NCBI GenBank assembly: GCA_964016885.1
Contig: OZ024742.1
Location: 266,538,001 to 266,602,000, forward strand
Reading direction: 5' to 3'
Source: Eledone cirrhosa
Lineage: Eukaryota
DNA: 64,000 nucleotides
Within the stretch, counting starts at the first letter, position 1. The number at the start of each line of letters is the position of its first letter. Below the pieces are notes generated by a model that ran no database searches, was not told the origin of the DNA, and saw nothing but the letters and a program-made list of their open reading frames with translations. This document shows positions 1-12,097 of this stretch, one piece after another. The position numbers and the translations under genes are program-made.

Positions 1-349
1 TTTCCCACTCATCTACCATGATTGTTAATTAAAGTAGTGGCACCAAAAGTGTTTTTATTCCTGGGCACTAAGAGTTCTTGTGACCCCATTGTCTACAGGC
101 ACCCACACTAATCTGTTTGCTCAGTCGACCCTCTGCAATTCTTTCACTGTTTATGTTTCTAACCTGCAGCCGTCAACTTAATGCTGTTCAAAAGGAATAT
201 TAACCATGGAGGGCCAGTGAAGATACAGGAGCTGCCTCACACTCCAGACCAGACTATAAACGAAAAAGGAGTATAATGGATATAACAAGAATTTGCTATC
301 TTCTCACCAACAACTGATAGTATATGGAGTTCAACATTAATGAATCCCA

Positions 350-920
350 GCTTCTTCTTCTTCTTCCATCGGAGAGTGTCATGGGGCCAATCCTCAGACA
401 CTCTTACAAAAGGGTCCTATCATAAGCAACCGTCTCCAAATGATCCGACTGGAACCCCAAGTTAGACCAGCCGTCTTTATAGATGTTATCTAACCATCTG
501 GCTCGTGGTCTGCCTCTGGATCTCCTGCAAGCTGGCTTTGTCCGTAAAATCTGTCCTGTAATCTTTTTCTTAGACATTTTAATTCACTGTCCATAGTATC
601 TGGAGCGACTACCTTATGGAGTAACGTTACTCCGGGGACCCTTCAAGGGAATTCCATTTTAGCCGCTTCTATTTGTGCTCTTATGTTTTCGGTCATTACC
701 CAATATTCGTTACCAGAGGTAAGTGTAGACACGAATTGAAAGTTCGTAAGTCTTGCCTTTACACCTAGTTCCCTTCTGATGGCCTAATACTGAAGCTGGC
801 GTATTATTTCACCAGCTCCAGCAATTCGTGCATTTAATTCAACCTCAAGCCTTCTACCACTCGTGAAACCAGCCCTGAGATGCTTGAACGTTTCAACTTG
901 CTTCTTTTTCGGCAAAGTTG
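350..920 (-). mobile_element. Degenerate RTE-clade LINE 3' fragment with (GAA)n tail
   Basis: Minus-strand translation gives QVETFKHL...SGRRLEVELNARIA and RRSRGRPRARWLDNI, typical of RTE C-termini. It ends in a (GAA)n tail at ~351-367 and contains stops and frameshifts. Confidence 0.75.
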
Positions 921-1399
921 TTTTGCTAGAGAACGGGTCACACACGGCGAATAATGATATGGTGGTCAGTTGCGATATATGTAGGCGCATGCATGATGAA
1001 TAAACAATCCCGTACCAAGCAGTGGTAAACTACTAGGGGATATGGAGCAATGGGTGACAGTGTTAGCTCTCAGGAATACTTTTACAACCAAGCGATTTAG
1101 TTACGATGAAGCAGATAAAGTCCAGACGCTGCAGGCCCGAGAAAATTATCAAATTGTTGACAAGTACGACAGACCACCAAAACAATAAGATATGATTAGA
1201 TGCAATAAAAGCATTGATACTGCGTCCCCATCTAATGCTGTAAAGATTGACGATGGACCTACGATATATCCTAGGACGCGTGTGATGAGCGAGCAAAAGT
1301 TGTGTTTTCGCCAAATATGGTCCAGAATAGAGCAAATGAAACAATTGGTAGTTGAAAACAATTCCCTTTATTTCCTTTACGCTGCTACGTGCACGTATG

Positions 1400-1661
1400 C
1401 GTTGGTTCCGACAATGGAACAGCCTGCTCGTGAAATTAACGTGGAAGTGACTGACCATTCCACATACATGCGTACCATTAATGTAATTCTCGGGAAGATT
1501 CACTGTGACATGGTATGTAACAAATCTGGCTCATTGAATTACAAATACATCTTTTTGCAAGCTGGGTGAACTTGCTGAAAGTCGCAATATGTCGCGAGGA
1601 GTCGAACATACAACCTTTCAATGGTGAATCGACCATCCTAACCACTAAGCCATGCGCCTTC
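1400..1661 (-). mobile_element. tRNA-derived SINE (octopus-type), degenerate
   Basis: Minus strand begins GAAGGCGCATGGCTTAGTGGTTAGG (A box), then GTTCGACTC (B box), then a body containing CACGTTAATTTCACGAGCAGGCTGTTCC. Confidence 0.7.
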
Positions 1662-1794
1662 ACATGCGCCACTAACATCACTTCACATTTCTTTACGTGT
1701 TTGAGAAAATTAAAAATATGATTTATCATTTCATATTAGGGCCTTTCTGGCTAACCAAATTTATACCAATGTTTTATGATCTTAAGTAGTAGAT

Positions 1795-2110
1795 CCTCGA
1801 TCGGTTTCGACGATGAGAATTCAGGTGTCTAAAAGAGAATGTTTTACTCATTAAAGTAATGTATAATGGTTGGTTGAGTATTCCATAGACACGTGTATCC
1901 TTGACATAATTCTGAGGCAGGTCGGACATTTGAATTACAGTTACAGTTCATCCAACGCGCTTTTACACTGTCTCAATTGTACCTACTTTCAGGCTCTAAT
2001 CTAGCCGAATCTAGGGGAAAAATACATTTACCCAAGATGCAGAGGGAACGAAACTGGAAGCTCTTAATTAGGAAGTGAACTTCTTAAATACTCAGCCAAT
2101 TCCTGCGTCC
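1795..2110 (-). mobile_element. Degenerate tRNA-derived SINE
   Basis: Minus-strand head GGACGCAGGAATTGGCTGAG... and a body segment (ACACGTGTCTATGGAATACTCA) similar to the 1400-1661 SINE. Confidence 0.45.
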
Positions 2111-2400
2111 GATATTGAAAATATCACGATTTTCATGACGTTAAAATCCGTTTGGGAAAAATTATAACAACCACAACATAAGATTCCATATAGTTCAGGG
2201 CCTTTGTGTGAAGTAAAGTCAAGACCATATAGCATTTTAAAACTCAGAATGAAGCCATTTGATTTCACTTATATCTCTAATACACATGAGAAGAACATTA
2301 AAATCAGATTCCTTACATTACATACAACATAGGGATATTTTGGTTAGCCTACAAGACAGACACAAGTTTAACATAATATTTAGAACATACAAGCGCGCGT

Positions 2401-2401
<1 letters not shown>

Positions 2402-2486
<85 letters not shown>
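2402..2486. repeat. (CA)n microsatellite
   Basis: Perfect CA run. Confidence 0.97.
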
Positions 2487-2488
<2 letters not shown>

Positions 2489-3439
2489 TAAAAAACTAAC
2501 ATTAACAGGCAAAAAAAAAGAAGAAAATAATAAACAAACAAACACTCGTACTATTTCAATCTATAAATTATTTACGATTATTCCACTTTACAATTTTTGA
2601 AATCATGAATTATTTTCCATATATTACAATTCTAAAGGAAAGTTGAAATTCATTTTTATTCCCAATAGAGAACGTTTCGAAAAGCTGAAGGAAATATAAA
2701 AGAAAATAACAACAAAGAGGCTGTTACAAATTGATGCTTTTCAAGAAGAGGAAAGATATTTAACATTTAATATAGATACTAATTTATGTAAAAGTATTCT
2801 TTGATGGAGGGAATACTCAGCACTAATTATCTAGAGTCCTACAATTCAGAAGATAAGCCACAGATAAAATAAACACGAAGCAGCACAGAAAACACACACA
2901 CACACATATATAAGAGCGTGTGTTCATGTGCATGTGGGAGTTTTAAAGATACACGTATAACCAACTATTGCAAATCTGTTATTTTGTATATTATACATGC
3001 TGCTACATTTAACACTGCTTTGAGTCAACAAGGTAACCACTATTGGGTCGCTTTATATGCTAAAGATAGCAACGACATCTCTAACAAATTGCACCATACC
3101 TTCTTTAAAAAGGAGTTCTTTGTATTTAGAGAAAAAAAATGCGATGGTTACGGTTGGAACGCCTTTGATCATACGCCCGAGCTGATAAGACACTCAAGGC
3201 TGATATGATGCCAAACAACAATTGCATCAATTAATAATAGTTGTTCATTTTTGCACGAAGAGGGATGGGAAGCGATTATATCGACCTCATTACTTGACTG
3301 GTATTTTATATCGACTCTGAAAGTATTAAAAAATTTGAATACGGTGGGATTTGAACGCAGATCATATACCTATGTAACTAATTTTTCAAAGTCATATTGT
3401 CCCTCATTCTATCTTTTAAACATGGTACAAGCAAAAGAG

Positions 3440-3535
3440 CTTATCTACAGTATGTGTACATAATATGAACCAAAGAAATGAAGAAACTATGCAAATATAA
3501 AGATCTTGAAACAGATATAAACAGAATGTGCAGAA
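3440..3535 (+). pseudogene. Short remnant of an R4/Dong-like endonuclease C-terminus
   Basis: KKLCKYKDLETDINRM resembles EKLSKYKDLEIEIGKMW of the family-B element in this window. Confidence 0.45.
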
Positions 3536-3824
3536 TGTTACGATTGCCCCGACTCGGGAGTCGATTTGCTCATCAAACACATTTAATACCAGAATATAAG
3601 AATGTTCAACTGTATATATATATACATTTAGAAGGGAGCGGACACTCAAAGCAAAAACATGCACATTTTTTTAGTCCGCTCCCTTCCACCCAAAATTGCC
3701 TCGGAAATGTTACCTTTTAATCAATTTTTGCTGTCTGAAGAAATCACGATACCTGTCGTCATTTAAATATGTATAACGGCTCAATTAATAAAAGACCCTA
3801 ACATCTTCAACTTCGCACTTTCCT

Positions 3825-3864
<40 letters not shown>

Positions 3865-3872
3865 CTATATAT

Positions 3873-3914
<42 letters not shown>

Positions 3915-4376
3915 AATTTATATCTAGTAACATCTATATACATGTGTATATAGATGTTACTAGATATAAATTCCTTATAATTATCTCCAATTCATTTGTC
4001 GAGCAATATTTGGCCATGACTGCTACTATGGTAGTAAGCTGGCCGCTGTCTTAATAACCACTCGCTTTCCACTGATTGACCTCGATGTCACGTGATTGAT
4101 TCTTTTTGAATTTGCCACGGACGTGGAGGCAGTGATTTTCTCAATGGCTTGGAATCCAGTCCACGCATCGCTATTTCCATTCCACTGAATTATTTTTTTA
4201 ATAAGTTTCCAGTGTCCTCGCTATGCCTGGAGACCTATACGGAAAAAGACTTTCCTGATGACGGAATGATTTTATATAAGTTTCTTCGGAAAATATATTT
4301 ACTCCATTCCAGAAACTAATTAGTTGGAAGTGATTTTTTAGTAAGTAAGTTAATTTTATAATTTTCTTATTTTACG

Positions 4377-4430
<54 letters not shown>

Positions 4431-4466
4431 ATAAATTAACGGAGCCATGTGTGTGTCTATATATAT

Positions 4467-4508
<42 letters not shown>

Positions 4509-4804
4509 CACGATAAATTAACGGAGCCATATACTCTCGCTATTCCCTGTCAATAATGTGCTCAAAAGAAAAGATCCTGAGCTCTTTAAAATACAATATG
4601 TTGAAAAGGTAACACAGATCTCTTTGGATTTGTACGTGTGTGTTATATAGTTATACAGGTACATATATACATTTTAATTGATATTTTTAATTATTGTGTG
4701 TCTACCCTGCCTTTCATAGGTTATAGATTCCATACACTGGTGGTTTTTCCCTGTTTTATTGATGGCGCACTATCTCTCTCTAGTGTGTTACCTTTTCAAC
4801 ATAT

Positions 4805-4872
<68 letters not shown>

Positions 4873-5159
4873 CGTGTGTTAAACGAACAATTGTTGAATG
4901 AAGTGTTAATTACACGGAATTCCGTAGACACAAAAGTGCATATCTAACCATTTAAACGCCTATCAAGAATGAAGATTGAGCCAAAAGTCATGTAAGTCAG
5001 GGTCAAAATTCGATTTTCTTAAGCATTATTTTTACGATAAATCGGATGAAAACGACCCAACTATGACGGCAATTGAAATTATCCTAGCCATCATTTTCTA
5101 ATTCTTCCTTGTATTGAATTCACATTTAACTTCTTTGTGGCAATGAAAATACTATTAAC

Positions 5160-6185
5160 AAGTATTTCTAACATTATCACAAGGCCAGTAATTTGGAGGA
5201 AGAGGACAGTGAATTATATCGACCCCAGTACTTAACTGCTACCGCATTTTATCGACCCTGGAAGGATGAAAGGCCAAGTTGACATCGACGGGATTTCAAC
5301 TCAGAAAGTCGTAAAAATATACTGCACTGCATTTTGTCTAACGTATACCGATACTGCCAATCCACAGACCTACAGAAATAGTTAATAATAGTGTTTCTAA
5401 CGTAGACACAAAGCCATAATTTAGGGATAGGAACAACTTAGCTTCTACAATATTATCGAGCCGAAAATAATGTACAGCAAAGTTGACCAAAGCGGTATTT
5501 GAAATAAGATCTTAAACATCCTTAACAAAATACCACAAAATATTTTGTAAACCTAGTAATGATTCTGCAAATCCACCACCCTATTAATAACGGTTTCTGA
5601 TTTAAGAACAAGGTCAACAACGTTTGGGGAGGGGAAAGTCAATTAAATTAGCTCTAGTGCGTTATAGGTATTTTATTTTATCGACTCGGAACGGATGAAA
5701 GGCAAAGCTAACCTCAGCGGGATTTGAACTCAGAACGTAAAGGTCCCTGACTAAATACAAAATATCTTGTTCGACTTGGTAAGGATTTAGCTAAACCACG
5801 ACTATATTAATAATGATTTCTACTTCAGGCACAAGGCCAGTAATTTGTGTGTGTGGAGAAAGCCGATTATATCGACGGGATTTGAACTAAGAACGTAAAG
5901 AGCTGAAATAAACATCACAAAGTATTTAACCTGATGTTCTAATGATTCCGCTAATTCTCCGCCCTGAAAACTAAATTTTAAATAAGCCCAAGAGTAGAAA
6001 TTTGGTGGTAGGTGTTAGACGGTTAAATTAACGCCAGTACTTAATTTTAAATTTATTTATCGACACTTGACAGATGAAAGTCAGCATTGAACTTGGTGGG
6101 ATTTGAACTTAAAGCGCAAAGAATTAAAACTTATACCACAAGGCATTTACCTGATATTCCAACGATCTGCTAATGCACCAATCAA
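5160..6185 (-). repeat. Tandem array of five diverged ~160-230 bp SINE units
   Basis: The motifs CACAAGGCC...ATCGAC...GGATGAAAGGC...GGGATTTGAACT...CTGCCAATCCACC recur with unit starts near 5164, 5393, 5593, 5816 and 5975. They are homologous to the SINE at 7143-7333. Confidence 0.85.
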
Positions 6186-6947
6186 TTGAGGTTTCATACC
6201 ACTGTTAGAACTGAATATTTAATCACAACATGCCTATCTGCATTAAGCATATTGTGATTGAATTTTAATAAAACATTCATATGCAAATGTATCATCGAGG
6301 CATTTGCATATGAAAATTTGCATGTGAAGATTCTCAGTGGCGGTTTTGTCATGTGTTATTAAAAATAAATTTTCATTTCTGAACAAATTGATCGTTTGAA
6401 GAAGTAACAAAAATATGAAAATTCACTAACTGTTATGACGTCATTCCGGTAGCAACCTCGAAGGTAAAAATGTACAACACTTCAACAAAAGCAAAAATAA
6501 AAGAAACCAACGCTACATTTCAAAAACGAGAAAAAAAGTCTTTCTATAAAGCAAACATGTAAATATATACGTGATTAAGCTAAACTAACGTTTATTCATA
6601 TCACGAAATCTGGAGTTATTCAAAACTTTTAATGTCTGTCGCCAAGAGTTTTGTTTTCCGATGAACAAAACAAAATGCTAAATATATAGATTAAAAAAGA
6701 TAAAAAGAAGTTGAATAAATTGAAGTGAAAAAGAATGAAAATAAACTATAAGACACGAGTCTACAAGCAGCAGGTGCATGTAACATTACCAGCACACCAT
6801 TAACAATAACAAACAATAACAAAATTGCAAATAACAACTGTAGTAATAGTAGTGAGAATAATAACAATGGTTTGCTAATAACAATACCATCAGAAATAAC
6901 AATACTAGCGCCAGTTATAATAATAATGGTTTCTGATTTAGGCACAA

Positions 6948-7333
6948 GGCCAACAATAATTGTTTCCACTTTCGGTATAAGGCCAGCAATTGAAAGGGAA
7001 GGGGGTAAGGCGTTTAAATCGACCCAGTGCATTACTGGTACTTTATTTTATCGACCCGGTAAAGATGAAAGGCAAAGTTAACCTCGGCTGGATTTGAAAT
7101 CAGAATGTAATAAGCCATAATAATAATAATAATAATAATAATAATTGTTTCTACTTTAGGCACAAGGCCAGCAATTACCCAGTGCATTACTGGTACTTTA
7201 TTTTTATCGACCCCGTAAGGATGAAAGGCAAAGTCAACCTCGGCGGGATTTGAACTCAGATCGTAAAGGGACGTAACTATGCTGGAAAGCATGGCGTCCG
7301 ACCCTCTACCGATACTGCCAATCCACCCACCTT
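6948..7333 (-). mobile_element. Two tandem tRNA-derived SINE copies embedded in (TAA)n
   Basis: Minus strand of 7143-7333: GGTGGGTGGATTGGCAGTATCGG (A box)...GAGTTCAAATCC (B box)...GGCCTTGTGCCTAAAGTAGAAACAA-(TTA)n. A truncated copy lies at ~6948-7110. Confidence 0.85.
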
Positions 7334-7362
7334 ATAATAATAATAATAATAATAATAATAAT

Positions 7363-8597
7363 GTCCCGTGGTACAAAAGACCAGTTACTTATTGATAAGA
7401 TGGTAATGAGGAATTGCAAGAGGTTGGATACAAAAAGGCATTCGACATGGTACCTCATTCTTGGATAACCAAAAGCCTAGAGATCTTCAAGGTGGCAGAT
7501 AACATCAGACAGTTGTTGAGCAAAAGTATGAAGTACTGGGAAACAGAATTAACATCGGGTGGAGAATCCTTGGGAGGCGTGAAGATCAAGAGGTATTTTC
7601 CCCCTGTTGTTTATCCTTGACCTGATACCCCTGACCATTATACTGCGAAAAGTGAGAGCAGCATACAAGTTGGGAAAAGGATAGCTTACCATCAACCACC
7701 TCCTCTTCATGGACGATCTTAAACTCTTTGGGAAAAGTGAGAAGGAGTTGGATGTACTTGTTGACGCTGTCTGTATTTTCAGAAATAATATATGTATGGA
7801 ATTTGGTATTAATAAGTGTGGAGTCCTTGTGATGAAGAGGGGTAAATTGAGCAGAAGCAACGGAATCCAGGTACCAACAGGTGAAATGATAAAGGAAATT
7901 GAGACTGAAGAGGGATACAAATATCTAGGTGTTCTGGAGGCAGATGGCATCAAGAACAAAAAAAATGAAGGAATTGATAAGATCTGAGTACATAAGGAGA
8001 GTAAGGAGCGTGTTAAAATCACATCTAAATAGTAGGAATGTCATAAGTGCAGTAAATACCCGAGCTGTGTCTATTATTAGGTACAGTGCGGGAATTCTGA
8101 AATGGAATGTTGCTGAACAAAAAGAAATGGATAGGAAGACTAGGAAGCTATTGAGTATCTACAACATGTTCCACAAGAGGAGTGATGTCGATAGACTCTA
8201 CTTAAAGAGCTCTGAAGGTGGAAGAGGTCTTATCAGCATAGAGGATTGTGTTCAGATGGAGAAAAACAACATGCACAAATATGTGACTGACAGTAGGGAG
8301 CCAATGCTCAAAATTGTACTGAAGGAGAAGACAATAGACCAGGGGATGTCCAAGGAGGAAATAACAAGGAGGAAGAGCAGCCTTCAGGAAAAATCCCTTC
8401 ATAGTACCTTCTTTAAGAAAACTGAATTTAGAGATCCACAGACATGGAACTGGTTAAAAAGAGGAGACCTTAAAAAAGCTACAGAAGGAATGCTAATGGC
8501 TGCGCAAGAGCAAGCCCTCAGAACGAAGTGGGTGAAACACCATATTGACAAGGAGGACGCTAGTTCACTGTGTAGGATCTGTGGAGAGAGAGAGGAG

Positions 8598-8600
<3 letters not shown>
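7363..8600 (+). mobile_element. R4/Dong-like non-LTR retrotransposon, family A, truncated at both ends and frameshifted
   Basis: RT motifs YKKAFDMVPH, FMDDLKLF, YKYLGV and the start of the CCHC (CRICGEREET). Preceded by (TAA)n and ends in (ACT)n. Confidence 0.92.
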
Positions 8601-8664
<64 letters not shown>

Positions 8665-8682
8665 ATAATAATAATAATAACA
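8598..8682. repeat. (ACT)n(AAT)n compound microsatellite between elements
   Basis: Direct reading. Confidence 0.95.
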
Positions 8683-9744
8683 ATAAAGAAAGTATCTAAA
8701 GATGCACACAGATACAGTAATGAACTACACATTTCAGAAGTTCCCTTTACTGCTAAAATGAAAAAACACAGAAAAAGCAAAGCAGGTAAAAGTAACTGCA
8801 AAGAAAGAACTGCTACAGAAACTGGCTAAGAAATGGCAAGAAAAGCCTCTGTATGGAAAATACCCAGAGCGAGCTAACAATCCTGATGTTGACAAAACTT
8901 TAACCCATCAGTGGTTGGCATCCTCTGGACTGAAATCGGAGACTGAAGGACTGATTATATCAGCACAAGATCAGTGTCTGCCAACAAAAAATTACCAAGC
9001 CAACATAATAAAAAATGGATGCATCCCATTATGCCGTGTATGCAAAAAACAACCAGAGACCATTGACCATATAATTTCAATGTGCAGTCCTATAGCTCCA
9101 ACCGAATACCTAAACAGGCATGACAGAGCAGCTGCACAATACATACATTGGATAATGTGTAAGCATTTTGACCTGCCCCATCAAAAGAATTGGTGGGAGC
9201 ATCAACCACCTCCCATACTTGAAAAAGATCACATCTCAATCTTGTGGAACTTTAGCATCCAAACAGACCGAAAAATAGATGCAAATAGACCTGATATAAT
9301 ATTGAAGGACTTTAAAAAGAGGGTAAGCCTGCTAATTGATATGTCTGTTCCAATAGACAAGAATGTATCTATAAAAACATTTGAAAAATTGAGCAAGTAT
9401 AAGGACTTGGAGATAGAAATTGGAAAAATGTGGAAATTGAGAACTAAAACAATACCAGTGGTTGTAGGCGCTCTGGGAATGATAACTAAGGGGTCTAATG
9501 ATTACTTATCGCAGATCCCAGGAAACTCGCGTATAGGAGAAATACAAAAGATAGTACTAATGGGAACTGTCCATATACTAAGGAAGATTCTGTCAATATA
9601 AGTACATCACAAGTCTAAACACTAAAGATGCATGTGTGAGTATGTATGTTCTTCCTTGAACATGGCGGACCGTGTTGTCTCTTGAGGTCACTGGTTGTGA
9701 CTTGGTGATAACTCGTATGAACATAAAGCAAGATAAATGCAATT

Positions 9745-9745
<1 letters not shown>
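8683..9745 (+). mobile_element. R4/Dong-like element, family B, 5'-truncated 3' portion
   Basis: ORF 8915-9601 has CRVC..ETIDHI...C, RHD, NRPDIILKD, IDMSVP and KLSKYKDL (restriction-like endonuclease). The 3' UTR is followed by (TAA)n. Near-identical to 58789-59830 (-). Confidence 0.93.
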
Positions 9746-9785
<40 letters not shown>

Positions 9786-12042
9786 CCTCGATAAGAGTGT
9801 TTAAATGTCGAACCTAAACAGTTCGAATAACCGTGAAATGGAGACTAGAACGTCATGTGACAGACTCTCACCCAACAGGTGCTCCCTGGCTCAGCAGCAG
9901 GGACCTGGCTGTCTACCAAATACTGCTGGTGTCGGAGGAAGAAGAAGAAGAAAAGGGACCAGAACCAACTGGACGAAAGAATTGAATAGAACTATTATGC
10001 AATGTTACCTGAAAAGTAACCCCAAGGAGAGGGGCTATAGGAAACGGATGCATAACATCTGGAACGAGATTGGTCTATTTAAATTAGATGAACAAAAATT
10101 GGCCGGGCAGACTCGGGTAATAAGAACTAATGGGTGGATAAGCGAGCTGGAACTGGAGGAACTGAGCAGAGAGATTAGCTTGGAGATGGAGGGTGGAGTA
10201 TGCCACGCAAACGAGCCAGTGGGAAATGAAGGTGAAGAGGTCGAGAGAACGGAGGAACCACCCGAAGCAAACAATGATCTGAATACTGAGATAAATAATA
10301 CCTGGAACAGAGATACGGCCACTGAGGAGATGAATGCTGACGGGCTAGGACAAGATTTGGTTGATATCCTAAATTTAGTGGTAGATGAATTGAACAATGA
10401 TAGTGGGAGACCTATGAACCTAAGATTTGTAGACAGGAAAAAGTTAAAAGAAACAACAGCTAAGGTAAACAAAGCCATCCCATACCTTGAGGCGAGGAGC
10501 CTTCACCACTGCAACAATATCCTCAAAGCAACAGCAAATACGGTGAGGAAACTACTTGGTATAAAAGCGAGAGGAAACAACAGACAAGAAAGGGCAGAGC
10601 CTTGGTGGAAGAAACGACTGAGTGGTCAGATGAGGGAAATGAGAAATGACATTGGAAAGCTTGAGTCCCTACTGAATGGGACACTAAAAAACATAGACAC
10701 TAAAAATAGATTGGAAATAAAGTACAAAACTAGGAGGAAAAATCTAAATATTATCATAGAGGAACTGAAGCAACGCATTGTAGCAAAAAGTGCAAAAATC
10801 AGGCGATACGAGAACAGAGTCAGTCCGTATAAACAGAACCGCATGTTCGACAACAACCAGAGGATGCTGTTTGGACAGCTTGAAGGGAAAGAAAGAGGCA
10901 ACGACTTGATCCCTGAGGCGGAACAAACTAAAACATTCTGGAGAGGAATATGGGAGCAGGATGTTAAACACAATGACCAGGCAGTGTGGATTGAGACAGT
11001 ACAGAAGGAGATTAGACTCTACTTAAGGAGATCTGAGGGTGGAAGAGGTCTTATCAGCATAGAGGACTGTGTTCAGATGGAGAAAAACAACCTACACAAA
11101 TACGTGACTGATAGTAAGGAGCCAATGCTCAGAACTGTACTGAAGGAGGGGACAATAGGCCAGGGGATGTCCAAGGAGGAAATAACATCAAGGAGAAAGA
11201 GTAGCCTTCAGGAAAAATCCCTTCATAGTACCTTCTTTGAGAAAACTGAATTTAGAGATCCACAGACATGGAACTGATTGAAAAGAGGAGACCTTAAAAA
11301 GGCTACAGAAGGAATGTTAATGGCTGCGCAGGAGCAGGCCCTCAAAACGAAGTGGTTGAAACACCATATTTACAAGGAGGAGGCTAGCCCACTGTGCCGG
11401 ATCTGTGGAGAGAGAGAGGAGACTGTGGCTCACATTGTATCCGAGTGTAAACACCTAGCCCAGACCCACTATAAGGGCTGGAGACATGATGTGATGGGCA
11501 GGGTGATCCACTGGCACCTGTGCAAAGTAAACAATTTACCACATTCTGAGAAATGGTATGAGTATAAGCCAGAGGCGGTGATAGAGAACGATCAGGTGAA
11601 GGTGCTGTGGGATTTTAGGATACAGACGGACAAGAAACTGGAACACAATAGACCTGACCTGGTGGTTGTGGACAAAGAAAAAGATCGTGCCTGATTGTGG
11701 ATGTGGCCTGCCCATTCAACACGAGAGTGCAAGAGAAGGAGAGGGAGAAAATTAACCGATACCAGGACTTAAAGTGGGAGGTAAAAAGGATTTGGAACTG
11801 CCATGAAGTCAAAGTGATCCCGATTGTCATAGGCGCACTAGGGACTATCTCCAAAAGTTTCCAGGGATGGTTAAAGAAAATCGGCCCCTTCACGCTTTTT
11901 GGAACGCTTCAAAAGGCATGCTTGCTGTGAACAGCAAGAACCCTCCGATACGTCCTGAATATCTGAGGCTGCAGGTAGTGGCTTGATATTCATTCCAACA
12001 AACTTTCCAGTTAACTAACATCAATGACTGAGACTCAAGGAG
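9786..12042 (+). mobile_element. R4/Dong-like family A copy with 5' region retained but RT domain internally deleted
   Basis: ATG at 9805. The N-terminal domain joins in frame at ~11010 to post-RT sequence (RLYLRRSEGGRGL). CCHC and NRPDL endonuclease follow after a stop at 11275. Flanked by (TAA)n. Confidence 0.93.
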
Positions 12043-12049
12043 TAATAAC

Positions 12050-12096
<47 letters not shown>

Positions 12097-12097
<1 letters not shown>

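Noticed and set aside
1063-1569. Overlapping 125-146 aa ORFs
   Set aside because: They overlap a SINE body and show no protein motifs.
4250-4305. CTGATGA...GAAA hammerhead-like motif
   Set aside because: Stem I cannot form and stem II is weak; at most a decayed relic.
11275-11277. In-frame TGA as selenocysteine or readthrough
   Set aside because: Sister copies have TGG (Trp) here, so it is an ordinary nonsense mutation.
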